Both the position numbers and the translations under genes were made by a program. The notes under the pieces were generated by a model. It did no database searches and had not been told where the DNA came from. It saw nothing but the letters and a program-made list of their open reading frames with translations. This document shows, one piece after another, positions 48,810 through 59,099 of a stretch of 64,000 nt of DNA (position 1 is its first letter; every line of letters begins with the position of its first letter). This DNA is from Lachnospiraceae bacterium (lineage in GTDB: Bacteria > Bacillota > Clostridia > Lachnospirales > Lachnospiraceae), in the NCBI GenBank assembly GCA_045642225.1, contig JAZUIN010000024.1, forward strand, positions 28,984 to 92,983, read 5' to 3'.

Positions 48810-49240
48810 ATAATCACCAACTTTCTTGATTACCTTTTATCTAAAACATACTCTTTCGTATTTGTTAAAAAATATACTTATTTTATTATATATACTATAC
48901 CAACATATATCAACGGCAATAATATTTAATTAAAAACATATAACATTTGATTAATAGCGATATTTTTATATCAAATAATCAAAAAGAAAAACGAACACGG
49001 CCTTTTCCAACACTTCTTGACGACAAAACGACGACACCTCGTATTTCACCCATCTCCCAAATCGCATATTTACACACAAAAAAGGGTTCCAAGGAAAACC
49101 TCGGAAGTAAGCAAGCGCACCTCCATTCTGCTTCGCTTCATGTCGGTCACGGCATTCGCTAAATGCCTAAGCAACAAAAGCCCATTCTTAACTGCTTCGC
49201 AGTTATTTCATCGCGGCAGTCGCCGCTTATAAATAAGCAT

Positions 49241-49276
49241 AAAAAAGCCCGAGAGAGAATAAATTCTCCTCGGGCT
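49241..49276 (-). terminator. Intrinsic terminator of tuf
   Basis: GCCCGAGGAGAA-TTTA-TTCTCTCTCGGGC followed by TTTTTT on the minus strand. The flanking AAGCATAA/TTATGCTT extends the stem. Confidence 0.85.
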
Positions 49277-49315
49277 TATTATGCTTATTTAAGCTTCTCG
49301 TTGCTTACGCGCAGA

Positions 49316-50503
49316 TTACTCGATGATTGTTGCAACTCTACCAGAACCTACTGTACGTCCACCTTCACGGATAGCAAATGTTAAACCTTGCTCCATAGCG
49401 ATTGGGTGAATAAGTTCGATAGTCATTTCTACGTTATCACCAGGCATGCACATTTCTGTACCATCAGGTAAGTTACATACACCTGTTACGTCTGTTGTTC
49501 TGAAGTAGAACTGTGGACGATAGTTATTGAAGAAAGGTGTATGACGTCCACCTTCATCCTTTGTTAATACGTATACTTGAGCTGTGAACTTTGTATGGCA
49601 AGTTACTGAACCAGGAACTGCTAATACTTGTCCTCTTTGGATTTGATCTCTGTTGATACCACGAAGAAGAGCACCAATGTTATCACCAGCTTGAGCCTCG
49701 TCAAGAAGCTTTCTGAACATTTCGATACCAGTAATAACTGTCTTTTGAACGTCTTCTCTAACACCAATGATTTCAACTTCATCGTTAAGGTGAAGTGTAC
49801 CACGCTCTACTCTACCAGTTGCAACAGTACCACGACCTGTGATTGTGAATACGTCTTCTACTGGCATTAAGAATGGTTGATCTGTAGCACGTTGTGGATC
49901 TGGAATGTAAGAATCAACTGTTTCCATAAGTTCCATAATCTTGTCGCCCCACTCACCATTAGGATCTTCAAGAGCCTTAAGAGCAGAACCCTTAACGATT
50001 GGGCAATCTGTGAAGTCATATTCTTCTAATTGCTCTGTGATTTCCATCTCTACTAATTCTAATAATTCTTCATCGTCAACCATGTCACACTTATTCATGA
50101 ATACTACGATATAAGGTACACCTACCTGACGTGAAAGAAGGATATGCTCCTTAGTTTGAGCCATAACACCATCAGTAGCAGCAACTACAAGGATAGCACC
50201 GTCCATTTGAGCAGCACCTGTAATCATGTTCTTTACATAATCGGCGTGGCCTGGGCAGTCTACGTGAGCGTAGTGACGGTTAGCTGTCTCATACTCAACG
50301 TGAGCTGTAGAAATTGTGATACCTCTTTCTCTCTCTTCTGGAGCCTTATCGATATTCTCAAAATCTACTGCGTCGTTACCATCTACTCTTTCAGAAAGAG
50401 TCTTTGTGATAGCAGCTGTTAATGTTGTCTTACCATGATCTACGTGACCAATAGTACCAATGTTACAGTGTGGTTTGTTTCTCTCGAATTTTTCTTTAGC
50501 CAT
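49316..50503 (-). CDS. tuf: Elongation factor Tu
   Basis: [28 protein letters not shown], with full-length conservation. Confidence 0.98.
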   Translation of the reverse strand: MAKEKFERNKPHCNIGTIGHVDHGKTTLTAAITKTLSERVDGNDAVDFENIDKAPEERERGITISTAHVEYETANRHYAHVDCPGHADYVKNMITGAAQMDGAILVVAATDGVMAQTKEHILLSRQVGVPYIVVFMNKCDMVDDEELLELVEMEITEQLEEYDFTDCPIVKGSALKALEDPNGEWGDKIMELMETVDSYIPDPQRATDQPFLMPVEDVFTITGRGTVATGRVERGTLHLNDEVEIIGVREDVQKTVITGIEMFRKLLDEAQAGDNIGALLRGINRDQIQRGQVLAVPGSVTCHTKFTAQVYVLTKDEGGRHTPFFNNYRPQFYFRTTDVTGVCNLPDGTEMCMPGDNVEMTIELIHPIAMEQGLTFAIREGGRTVGSGRVATIIE

Positions 50504-50590
50504 TTTAAAATTCTCCCTTTCAAATTAATATTCTTAATATAATAGCCCTCCTGCCAAATCCTTGACAGGAAAGGCGCTCGGTTATCTCTG

Positions 50591-50619
50591 ATTATATAAG
50601 AAATTCCCGATATTTTCAA
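50591..50619 (-). promoter_or_regulatory. Internal promoter in front of tuf
   Basis: Minus strand: TTGAAA (50619..50614), 17 nt spacer, TATAAT (50596..50591). It is followed by a ~10 bp leader hairpin. Confidence 0.55.
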
Positions 50620-50631
50620 CACCTAAATGTC

Positions 50632-52749
50632 TTATTTTTCTTTATTAGCAATAAGCTTGTCTTGTACAGACTTAGGTACTGGTTCATACTTCTCGAAGAA
50701 CATAGAATAGTTACCACGTCCTTGAGTTCTAGAACGAAGGTCTGTTGAATAACCAAACATTTCAGCTAGTGGAACAAAACCACGAACGATCTTACCACCG
50801 CCTAAGTCATCCATACCTTCGATACGACCACGTCTAGCATTAATATCACCAATAACGTCGCCCATGTATTCTTCTGGCATAGTAACTTCAACCTTCATGA
50901 TAGGCTCTAGTAATACAGGATCTGCCTTAGCCATAGCTTCCTTGAAACACATACTACCTGCAATATGGAAAGCCATTTCTGATGAATCGACTTCATGGTA
51001 AGAACCATCATATACAGTAGCAGAAATACCAAGTACAGGGAATCCACAAAGGATACCAGCCTTAGCAGCTTCTTCAATACCTTCACCAACTGATGGGATA
51101 TATTCCTAAGGAATAGAACCACCAACTACAGTTGATTCAAACTTAAATACTTCTTCAGCATTTGCATCCATAGGCTCAAACTTAACCTTACAATGTCCAT
51201 ACTGACCACGACCACCGGATTGCTTAGCATACTTGTATTCTTGGTCAACAGCCTTTGTAAATGTTTCTTTGTATGCAACTTGAGGTGCACCAACATTTGC
51301 TTCAACCTTGAATTCACGAAGTAATCTATCAACGATGATCTCTAAGTGTAACTCACCCATACCAGCGATGATTGTCTGACCTGTTTCTTGATCAGTGTGA
51401 GCTCTAAATGTAGGATCTTCTTCAGCAAGCTTAGCTAAAGCTTCACCCATCTTTTGTTGTCCAGCTTTAGTCTTAGGCTCAATAGCAAGCTCGATAACTG
51501 GCTCTGGGAATTCCATAGACTCTAGGATAACTGGATGTTGCTCATCACAGATTGTATCACCAGTTGAAGTAACCTTAAATCCAACTGCTGCAGCAATATC
51601 ACCAGAATATACCTTGTCTAATTCTTCTCTCTTGTTAGCATGCATTTGTAGGATACGTCCTACTCTTTCCTTCTTATCCTTAGTAGCATTAAGTACATAA
51701 GAACCTGAATTCATTGTACCTGAATATACACGGAAGAATGCTAACTTACCTACGAATGGGTCTGTCATAATCTTAAATGCTAATGCTGAGAATGGCTCTT
51801 CATCAGAAGAGTGTCTCTCAACTTCATTACCATCCATATCAACACCCTTAATAGCTGGGATGTCAATTGGAGAAGGCATGAATTCGATAACAGCATCAAG
51901 AAGCTTTTGTACACCCTTATTTCTGTAAGCTGTACCACAACATACAGGAACTGCTGTACATTCACAAGTACCCTTTCTTAAAGCGGCTTTAAGGTCATCA
52001 ACTGCAACCTCTTCACCTTCTAAGTATTGCATCATTAGATCATCATCTAATTCACAAATCTTCTCGATTAATTCTGTACGATAAAGTTCTGCATCATCTT
52101 TCATATCATCAGGGATGTCTACGATTGAGATGTCATCACCCTTATCATCATTATAGATGTAAGCCTTCATTTCGAATAGGTCTACAATACCCTTGAAATC
52201 ATCTTCTTTACCGATTGGTAATTGAAGAACGATAGCATTCTTACCTAGACGATTACGGATTTGATCTACAGCTCCGTAAAAGTCTGCGCCTAAGATATCC
52301 ATCTTGTTGATGAATGCCATACGAGGTACGTTATATGTATCAGCTTGACGCCATACATTTTCAGACTGAGGCTCAACACCACCCTTAGCACAGAATACAC
52401 CTACAGCACCGTCAAGTACACGAAGTGATCTCTCAACTTCAACTGTAAAGTCAACGTGTCCTGGAGTATCAATAATATTGATACGATGCTCTTCTGCACC
52501 AGCCTTTGGCTTGTTTTGCTCTTGAAGTGTCCAGTGACAAGTTGTAGCAGCAGAAGTAATTGTAATACCTCTTTCTTGTTCCTGCTCCATCCAGTCCATT
52601 GTTGCTGAACCATCATGAGTTTCGCCGATTTTATAATTTACACCAGTATAATATAGAATACGCTCAGTTGTTGTTGTCTTACCAGCATCAATATGAGCCA
52701 TGATTCCGATATTTCTAGTTCTCTCTAACGGATATTCTCTTCCAGCCAA
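50632..52749 (-). pseudogene. fusA: Elongation factor G, full length and in frame but interrupted by one TAG codon (51108..51106) at the conserved IP[K/R]EYIP position
   Basis: The TTG start at 52749 lies 8 nt after AAGGAGG. The sequence reads [14 protein letters not shown]...[32 protein letters not shown]...[11 protein letters not shown]... and continues in the same frame to 50632. Confidence 0.85.
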
Positions 52750-52824
52750 GATTTTTTCCTCCTTGTTTTAATATGGTAAATATGCATCTCCTATGCAGCT
52801 CTAACATTTCCAATATAGAAATAA

Positions 52825-53382
<558 letters not shown>

Positions 53383-53423
53383 TCAACATTTTATACCGTT
53401 TCGCTTGTACAATTTGTTAACTC

Positions 53424-53843
53424 TTATTTAGCGTCCTTTGGTCTCTTAGCACCATACTTAGAACGAGCTTGCTTTCTGTTAGCAACACCTGCTGTATCAA
53501 GTGTACCTCTAATTACGTGATAACGTGTACCAGGTAAATCCTTTACTCTACCACCACGAATAAGAACAACACTATGCTCTTGCAAGTTGTGACCCTCGCC
53601 TGGAATGTAACTTGTTACTTCGATTCCGTTTGAAAGACGTACTCTGGCGATCTTTCTAAGAGCTGAGTTAGGCTTCTTAGGAGTTGCAGTCTTAACAGCT
53701 GTACAAACACCTCTCTTCTGTGGAGAAGGATTGTCTGTTGGCTTCTTTCTTAAAGAGTTGTAACCCTTTTGAAGAGCTGGAGCTGTAGACTTCTTAACAG
53801 AAGTTGAACGTCCTTTTCTTACTAACTGGTTAAATGTTGGCAT
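53424..53843 (-). CDS. rpsL: 30S ribosomal protein S12
   Basis: [12 protein letters not shown]... starts at the ATG at 53843, after AAGGAGGTG. The ORF track extends to 53876. Confidence 0.97.
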   Translation of the reverse strand: MPTFNQLVRKGRSTSVKKSTAPALQKGYNSLRKKPTDNPSPQKRGVCTAVKTATPKKPNSALRKIARVRLSNGIEVTSYIPGEGHNLQEHSVVLIRGGRVKDLPGTRYHVIRGTLDTAGVANRKQARSKYGAKRPKDAK

Positions 53844-53900
53844 TATTTTCACCTCCTTATACATAAAATCTAGCATACGCCCAGTCGCGCACGCTAGATA

Positions 53901-53929
53901 ATTATAGTGAGTTTATATTGATTTGTCAA
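53901..53929 (-). promoter_or_regulatory. Consensus promoter of the str operon
   Basis: Minus strand: TTGACA (53929..53924), 17 nt spacer, TATAAT (53906..53901). Confidence 0.7.
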
Positions 53930-54039
53930 TACTTTTCTTAATTCCAAGACATCTTTTTTTAGCATTCTTTCTCCAGAGCCTAGAAACATCTTTTCTAAAA
54001 TTTTTTGTTATATGATATAATTACTTCGGAGGAAAGATT

Positions 54040-54531
54040 ATGAAAAACAAGATTAAATTTACAGCCCTAATCCTTTGCTTGCTTATAATTGCAACCTTAT
54101 GCGGATGCTCCAAAGGATTATCACCTATATCATCTAAAGATTTTGAAAAAACAATCGGAAGCAACTTTGAGTTTAAGGATGTTACTTCTCAGGTAAAAAG
54201 GAACACCGCTTCCGTTACAGAAGTAATACATGCCACAGATTCTGACGGCTTAGAAATAGAATATTGGAAATTTGAATCTGACCAAAAGGCCTCTATCGAA
54301 TTTCACAACAAGCGTTCACGAATTTCTACATTATGCCCTAACGATAACAATTGGTATCAAGATGGTTATGAAAACATGGTCTGTACAGGTTCTAATGGCA
54401 AAATGTATTTCCATCTAGTGCGTATCGACGACACATTTATATATTCTGCTGTTGAGATTAATAACAAAAACAAATGCTTATCTTTATTCCAATCACTCGG
54501 CTATGTAATAGAGAAAAAATCTGTAAAATAA
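54040..54531 (+). CDS. Small lipoprotein of unknown function
   Basis: Signal peptide with the lipobox LCGC (LLIIATLCGCSKG). GGAGG Shine-Dalgarno. An extended -10 (TGATATAAT) lies upstream. Confidence 0.7.
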   Translation: MKNKIKFTALILCLLIIATLCGCSKGLSPISSKDFEKTIGSNFEFKDVTSQVKRNTASVTEVIHATDSDGLEIEYWKFESDQKASIEFHNKRSRISTLCPNDNNWYQDGYENMVCTGSNGKMYFHLVRIDDTFIYSAVEINNKNKCLSLFQSLGYVIEKKSVK

Positions 54532-54534
54532 GAA

Positions 54535-54580
54535 AACCTTGAGGGTTAACATTTGTCAACTCTCAAGGTTCTTTTTTTTA
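54535..54580 (+). terminator. Intrinsic (bidirectional) terminator between the convergent genes
   Basis: AACCTTGAG (54535..54543) pairs with CTCAAGGTT (54562..54570), followed by CTTTTTTTT. Confidence 0.8.
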
Positions 54581-54591
54581 ATAAATTCGAT

Positions 54592-55008
54592 TTAGTAGTA
54601 TGCTGCTGAAAGACATCCTACGCAACCAATTCCCAATACAACAATTGTCCAAATAGCTACTGACACAATACCAACAATCATACCGATCATACCAGTAATT
54701 TTACCAGCCTTAACTTGACCAGATTGTGGAAGTCCTGCTGCTACATACTTATTAGCCTTAGAAATTGCAATTGCACCTAAAACGATTGATGCAATATTTC
54801 CACCAATCCACCAGCATAGTACAACTGAAATAATACCTAAAACCATAGTTGTTGTTGGGCTTGGAGCCTCTACTGTTGCATATGTGTTATTATTTGATGA
54901 TGTATCATCAGCTTTCTCGTAGTATGCTTTCTCCTCTTCCTGAGTTTCCTCAACTGGAGTTACTACAGCATCTTCTACTGTTTCATTTACATTTTGATTC
55001 TCATCCAT
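54592..55008 (-). CDS. DUF4190-like small membrane protein with an acidic N-terminal tail
   Basis: Two TM hairpin segments contain LGIISVVLCW...SIVLGAIAISKA, which is typical of the DUF4190 family. Confidence 0.6.
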   Translation of the reverse strand: MDENQNVNETVEDAVVTPVEETQEEEKAYYEKADDTSSNNNTYATVEAPSPTTTMVLGIISVVLCWWIGGNIASIVLGAIAISKANKYVAAGLPQSGQVKAGKITGMIGMIVGIVSVAIWTIVVLGIGCVGCLSAAYY

Positions 55009-55183
55009 ATCTTTTTCTCCTTTATAATTTATTTATAAATGCTTTTACACATTTATATTCTAGTGTGTCATTGTAACACAATTTGCAAACACTGTAAACA
55101 TACATGCTCATGCTCTTATATTTCGCAAATTCTTATTACCTTGAACACGCCACATCGTATACAATACCACTCAAATACTAACG

Positions 55184-56137
55184 TTATACTAACTCTTCCA
55201 AAAAATTCTTAATAGCATTATCATATTGCTCTTCATATGTATATCTACTTCTAGAATGTGCAGACTCGTTAAACCACTCTATCCTTTTAGGTGCACTACA
55301 TTTATTATATATTTTCTCAGCCCAAACAGCCGTAGAAAATATATCTGCTCTACTATGCAAGAACAAAATCGGTCTGTCCATTTTGCCAATTTCATAAAAT
55401 GGGCCCTGATCATATATATCCACCTTAGACAACTTACGCGTCCAAAATATAATCGTAGAAAAAAACGGAAATAACGGTCTATTTTCTGCAATCATATGCG
55501 TCTTTATAGATTCTGCAAATGTAGCATACATTCCTTCTGCTGCCATTCCCACAACATAATCTGGAGCATTTCCTCTAGTAAATGCGTATAAGGCATTTGC
55601 GCTTCCGACACATACTCCATGTAAAAATATTGTTTTATTTCCCAATTCGTCATGAAGTAGCTCGCACCACTTTATAACATCTACGTATTCTCTTTGGCCT
55701 ACAGCGAAATATTTACCCTCTGACAAACCATGACATCTATTATCAATAACCAAAATGTTATATCCCATTTCTTCGTAAGGGTTAGCAAAGAAATACGAAT
55801 ACAAAACTGTTTCAGGACGTCCCGAAATAATAAATGCACATTTATCAGCGCCAAAATCAAAATATTCTCCGGCTAGCTTAAACCCATCACTTTCAACTTC
55901 TACCGGTGTCATTTTATCCTTGTGCTCTTCAAACCACTCTCCGGCTTTCGCAAACATTTGTGAATATTCATAATCATCTGGCCAATTACTACCACGCTTC
56001 CATTTGTCTTTGCTTGTGCGAACCAACAAATTTCTATAAACTCTATACCCCACAACAAATGCTGGAAGTGCGAATAGTAGCAAAGCCGCCAGTATTACTA
56101 CTCCAATAATTATTAATGCAATTTTCATATATATCAC
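55184..56137 (-). CDS. Membrane-anchored alpha/beta-fold hydrolase with a G-x-C-x-G nucleophile elbow
   Basis: N-terminal TM helix. The motif is HGVCVGS in place of GxSxG. Downstream are Asp (HSRADIF) and His (NESAHS) candidates for the triad. Confidence 0.7.
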   Translation of the reverse strand: MIYMKIALIIIGVVILAALLLFALPAFVVGYRVYRNLLVRTSKDKWKRGSNWPDDYEYSQMFAKAGEWFEEHKDKMTPVEVESDGFKLAGEYFDFGADKCAFIISGRPETVLYSYFFANPYEEMGYNILVIDNRCHGLSEGKYFAVGQREYVDVIKWCELLHDELGNKTIFLHGVCVGSANALYAFTRGNAPDYVVGMAAEGMYATFAESIKTHMIAENRPLFPFFSTIIFWTRKLSKVDIYDQGPFYEIGKMDRPILFLHSRADIFSTAVWAEKIYNKCSAPKRIEWFNESAHSRSRYTYEEQYDNAIKNFLEELV

Positions 56138-56140
56138 CTT

Positions 56141-57688
56141 CTACATTATCCCCACGATTATTTGGCTATCTTCCTGCTTTCCATTAAAGAATTGCATCTC
56201 TAAATAAGGAAACATCTCTTGAAGCTCACTCTTAATAGTTATCTGCGCATCCACGTCAACATTCTTACCAAAGAATAGCGTTAGACAATCTCTTTCCTCT
56301 AAATCTTCTAGATCCTCCAAAGCATTATAAACCTTTGTTACCAAATCATTATTCGACTTAAATACTAGGCAATCAATATCTTCTGCTCCATATTTAATTT
56401 GAGAAACTCTCTCTTCAAATGTCTCATCTGGCATATTCATGTTAAGCGCGAAATAACCTTCTGCCATATTCTTAGTGTTAACCATTTTGATTGTCTTATC
56501 CGAGTATCCTTCGATAAACTCTTCTAAGTCTTGCTGTTCCTCTACATTAGGAATAAAAATAATTTGCGAGGATTCAATAAATTCTAATTGATGCTTTAGC
56601 TGCTTTAAAACATTAGCGTCACTATCAAGCACGACATCCGCGCCAAGTTCCTCATATATTTCTACAAAGCCTTCGCCCGTAGCTGCTGCAACAACCACTA
56701 CATCCTTCTTAATAATCTTCTTTTTATTCTCAACATTTTTGCGGATAAATTTGTTATATTGCACCTGCATATTATCCATTTTAAATGTAATGAATTCGCC
56801 ATAGCTTTGTGAAATATTTAGAACCTCTCCAGGTGTAAATGTATGAATATGCACTTTCACTCTTTTGTTGCCAGCTTCTGTTACTACTAAAGAGTCTCCT
56901 AACTTCTTAAGCTGTTCGATGTATTTATCCACGTTAAACTCATCAGCGTGCTTTGAATTAAGTAGCTGCAAGACATACTCCAAGCAATAACATTTTTCAA
57001 AGGCTGAATCTTCATTAAATATCTCATGCGTGACATTCAACGTAGCTTCATTATCCTTGTGAAAGGACATTTCCCCTTCAAGGTCTTCACCCATAAGCGA
57101 CTTAAACATTCCTTCAAAAATTGTAATGTAACCAACGCCGCCGCTATCAACTACATCATTTTCATTCAAGATAGGTAACATATCTGGCGTCTCTGCTAAT
57201 GTAGCATTCATCTCATCAATATATGCTTTAAATGTTTCTTCTATAGAACTACCATCTATATGTCCTTTTATTCTCTCTGCACCCTGACGACAAACTGTAA
57301 GTATTGTTCCTTCAACAGGATTAACAACTGATGCATAGCCCGTCTTATACGCTGAGACAAATGCTCTTTGCAAAAGTCTCGAATCTGCACGCTTAACCTC
57401 TGCCATTTCAAGATATAATCCTCTGAAAAGCTGCGAGAGAATCGTTCCTGAATTTCCTCTTGCGCCAAGAAGCATTCCTTCCGTAAGTTGATTTAGATAC
57501 TCTCCTAAATTTGTCGTAGATTTTGCTGAATTTATACCATTTTCTAAAGTAATTCTCATGTTATAGCCCGTATCGCCATCAGACACCGGGAACACATTCA
57601 TACAGTTAATTTCTGTCTCTTGACTCTTTATATTAGCAAGACCATTTCTTACCATTTTTTCAAATATTAAGCCATCAATTTCTGTCAT
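56141..57688 (-). CDS. DAK2-domain protein of the YloV/FakA (fatty acid kinase) type
   Basis: N-terminal NVFPVSDGDTGYNM ... GARGNSGTILSQLFRG is the Dak2 nucleotide-binding signature of FakA/YloV proteins. The length of 515 aa is similar. Confidence 0.75.
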   Translation of the reverse strand: MTEIDGLIFEKMVRNGLANIKSQETEINCMNVFPVSDGDTGYNMRITLENGINSAKSTTNLGEYLNQLTEGMLLGARGNSGTILSQLFRGLYLEMAEVKRADSRLLQRAFVSAYKTGYASVVNPVEGTILTVCRQGAERIKGHIDGSSIEETFKAYIDEMNATLAETPDMLPILNENDVVDSGGVGYITIFEGMFKSLMGEDLEGEMSFHKDNEATLNVTHEIFNEDSAFEKCYCLEYVLQLLNSKHADEFNVDKYIEQLKKLGDSLVVTEAGNKRVKVHIHTFTPGEVLNISQSYGEFITFKMDNMQVQYNKFIRKNVENKKKIIKKDVVVVAAATGEGFVEIYEELGADVVLDSDANVLKQLKHQLEFIESSQIIFIPNVEEQQDLEEFIEGYSDKTIKMVNTKNMAEGYFALNMNMPDETFEERVSQIKYGAEDIDCLVFKSNNDLVTKVYNALEDLEDLEERDCLTLFFGKNVDVDAQITIKSELQEMFPYLEMQFFNGKQEDSQIIVGIM

Positions 57689-57733
57689 TTTAATTCCTTC
57701 TACGTTCTTCTTTCATCAACATTTCATATATCA

Positions 57734-59074
57734 TTACTTCTTACCTAACTCATTAAGGTACTTAGGCAAAAATACTGTTAATATCAATGAAATAATTACA
57801 GCAATCGCACTAATCAATGTAAGATACCACATTGGGCTAACTACTCCATCAGCATAAGCTTCACTGCCCTTCTTCAATGCTGTAAGTACTAAACCAGTCG
57901 CAATACCAGATGATACACCTGCAAACAAGCCTTGTACTGCAAAATACATTGCGCCTCTACTTCTTCCAGTCTCTTCCTCCTCTTTGGCCGCAAGCTGCGA
58001 TGGCACAGAATAAGCCACAGAAAACATTGCGCCTATTCCAAAAGAAGTAACTATTCCAGAAAGAATAGCAACTACCGTTTTAAGTGTTCCACTTTCCATA
58101 AAGGATATTCCAAATAACGCGCCCATACCAAATATAAAGAAAACTAGTGTATACCTAAAGGCAAAGCCAAAGCCTTTCTTATTAAATATCTTGGCATATA
58201 TTACAAGCGTTAATGGAACTGGTGCAAATGCTGAAATCGCAACCATCATCATACTTATATTTACCGTTGAAAAATATTCATTTATCCCGCCCAAAAATAG
58301 CTGCACTCCAAAGGTCATAAATGAATAAATTATCATCCATATAATAAATGTTTTATTCTTAAATGTATATGCAAGTGACGCAATCATCTTAGGTTGTTTT
58401 TCTACCGAAATCTCTTTGTCGAGGTTGCTTTCTTCCTTAATCATAAAAAACGGAATTAGCATCGTTAATACTAATGGCAACACAAGTAATGCTACCATTC
58501 TAATATTCATAGAATTAAGCATACTTCTAACCACAACATAGCCTAATACAAAATATACAATGTCAAAGAAAGACTTTACATTTGAAATTACATTTCTCTC
58601 TTGTTCGGTCTCAACAATTTCAGTAAATGTTGCGTAATAGGTAACCATTGTCAAAGTATATGATGTATAGAAAATGCATAGAAGTACACCATAATAAATG
58701 GTATTTAAAAGACTCACTCCACTTGGGTTAGGCACAACTAAAAATAGTAAGTATGCTAAAACCATAGGAACAAAACCTATCAACAACGATGGACGTCTTC
58801 TTCCCCATTTCGATCTAAATCTATCTGTCAATGAAGCCATAGGTATATCAATAACTCCATCTATAATTCTTGCGACAACAACAAATACAGCCCAAATTGC
58901 AGCTATAACCAAATCTTGTCCAACATAAGTCTGAAAAGGTTTAGCCTTATCACTAAACCCTCCAGCTATAAGCGCCGAGCACAAATATGAATTCATCATC
59001 AAGCTAATCATATTTACTCCAAGACCTGACGCTGCATATAAAAATAATTGCCACTTTTTAGTTAATTTCTTCAT
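57734..59074 (-). CDS. MFS transporter of the GPH/MelB-like type
   Basis: 12 TM helices. The loop 2-3 motif is DGVIDIPMASLTDRFRSKWGRRRP. Confidence 0.8.
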   Translation of the reverse strand: MKKLTKKWQLFLYAASGLGVNMISLMMNSYLCSALIAGGFSDKAKPFQTYVGQDLVIAAIWAVFVVVARIIDGVIDIPMASLTDRFRSKWGRRRPSLLIGFVPMVLAYLLFLVVPNPSGVSLLNTIYYGVLLCIFYTSYTLTMVTYYATFTEIVETEQERNVISNVKSFFDIVYFVLGYVVVRSMLNSMNIRMVALLVLPLVLTMLIPFFMIKEESNLDKEISVEKQPKMIASLAYTFKNKTFIIWMIIYSFMTFGVQLFLGGINEYFSTVNISMMMVAISAFAPVPLTLVIYAKIFNKKGFGFAFRYTLVFFIFGMGALFGISFMESGTLKTVVAILSGIVTSFGIGAMFSVAYSVPSQLAAKEEEETGRSRGAMYFAVQGLFAGVSSGIATGLVLTALKKGSEAYADGVVSPMWYLTLISAIAVIISLILTVFLPKYLNELGKK

Positions 59075-59099
59075 GACTCTTCCTTATTACTAGAAATAA

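Noticed and set aside
49095-49135. CTCGGAAGTAAGCAAGC on the plus strand looked superficially like the SRP RNA domain IV motif (CCGGAAGGAAGCAGC)
   Set aside because: The flanks cannot form the GGAA-tetraloop helix. The conserved symmetric-loop bases and the 5'/3' closing helix of 4.5S/scRNA are missing.
48947-49384. Three overlapping 71-73 aa plus-strand ORFs downstream of tuf, considered as real genes
   Set aside because: All three frames are open simultaneously. There is no Shine-Dalgarno and no recognisable family, and one ORF runs antisense into tuf. This is better explained by locally GC-rich, stop-poor non-coding sequence (see the finding at 48990..49240).
51106-51108. Genome-wide reassignment of TAG (an alternative genetic code) as the explanation for the in-frame TAG in fusA
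   Set aside because: TAG is the apparent terminator of at least ten well-conserved genes in this window, and each ends at the expected C-terminus. These include map at 1077, the ORFs ending at 1968, 2783, 7884, 10681, 13523, 20323, 32518 and 33839, and the plus-strand gene ending at 27737. Global recoding is therefore not supported.
50907-52616. Alternative-frame 60-72 aa ORFs inside fusA: 50907..51125, 51126..51332, 51780..51965 and 52401..52616
   Set aside because: They are on the same strand as fusA but out of frame with a perfectly conserved EF-G sequence. They have no ribosome-binding sites and no motifs.
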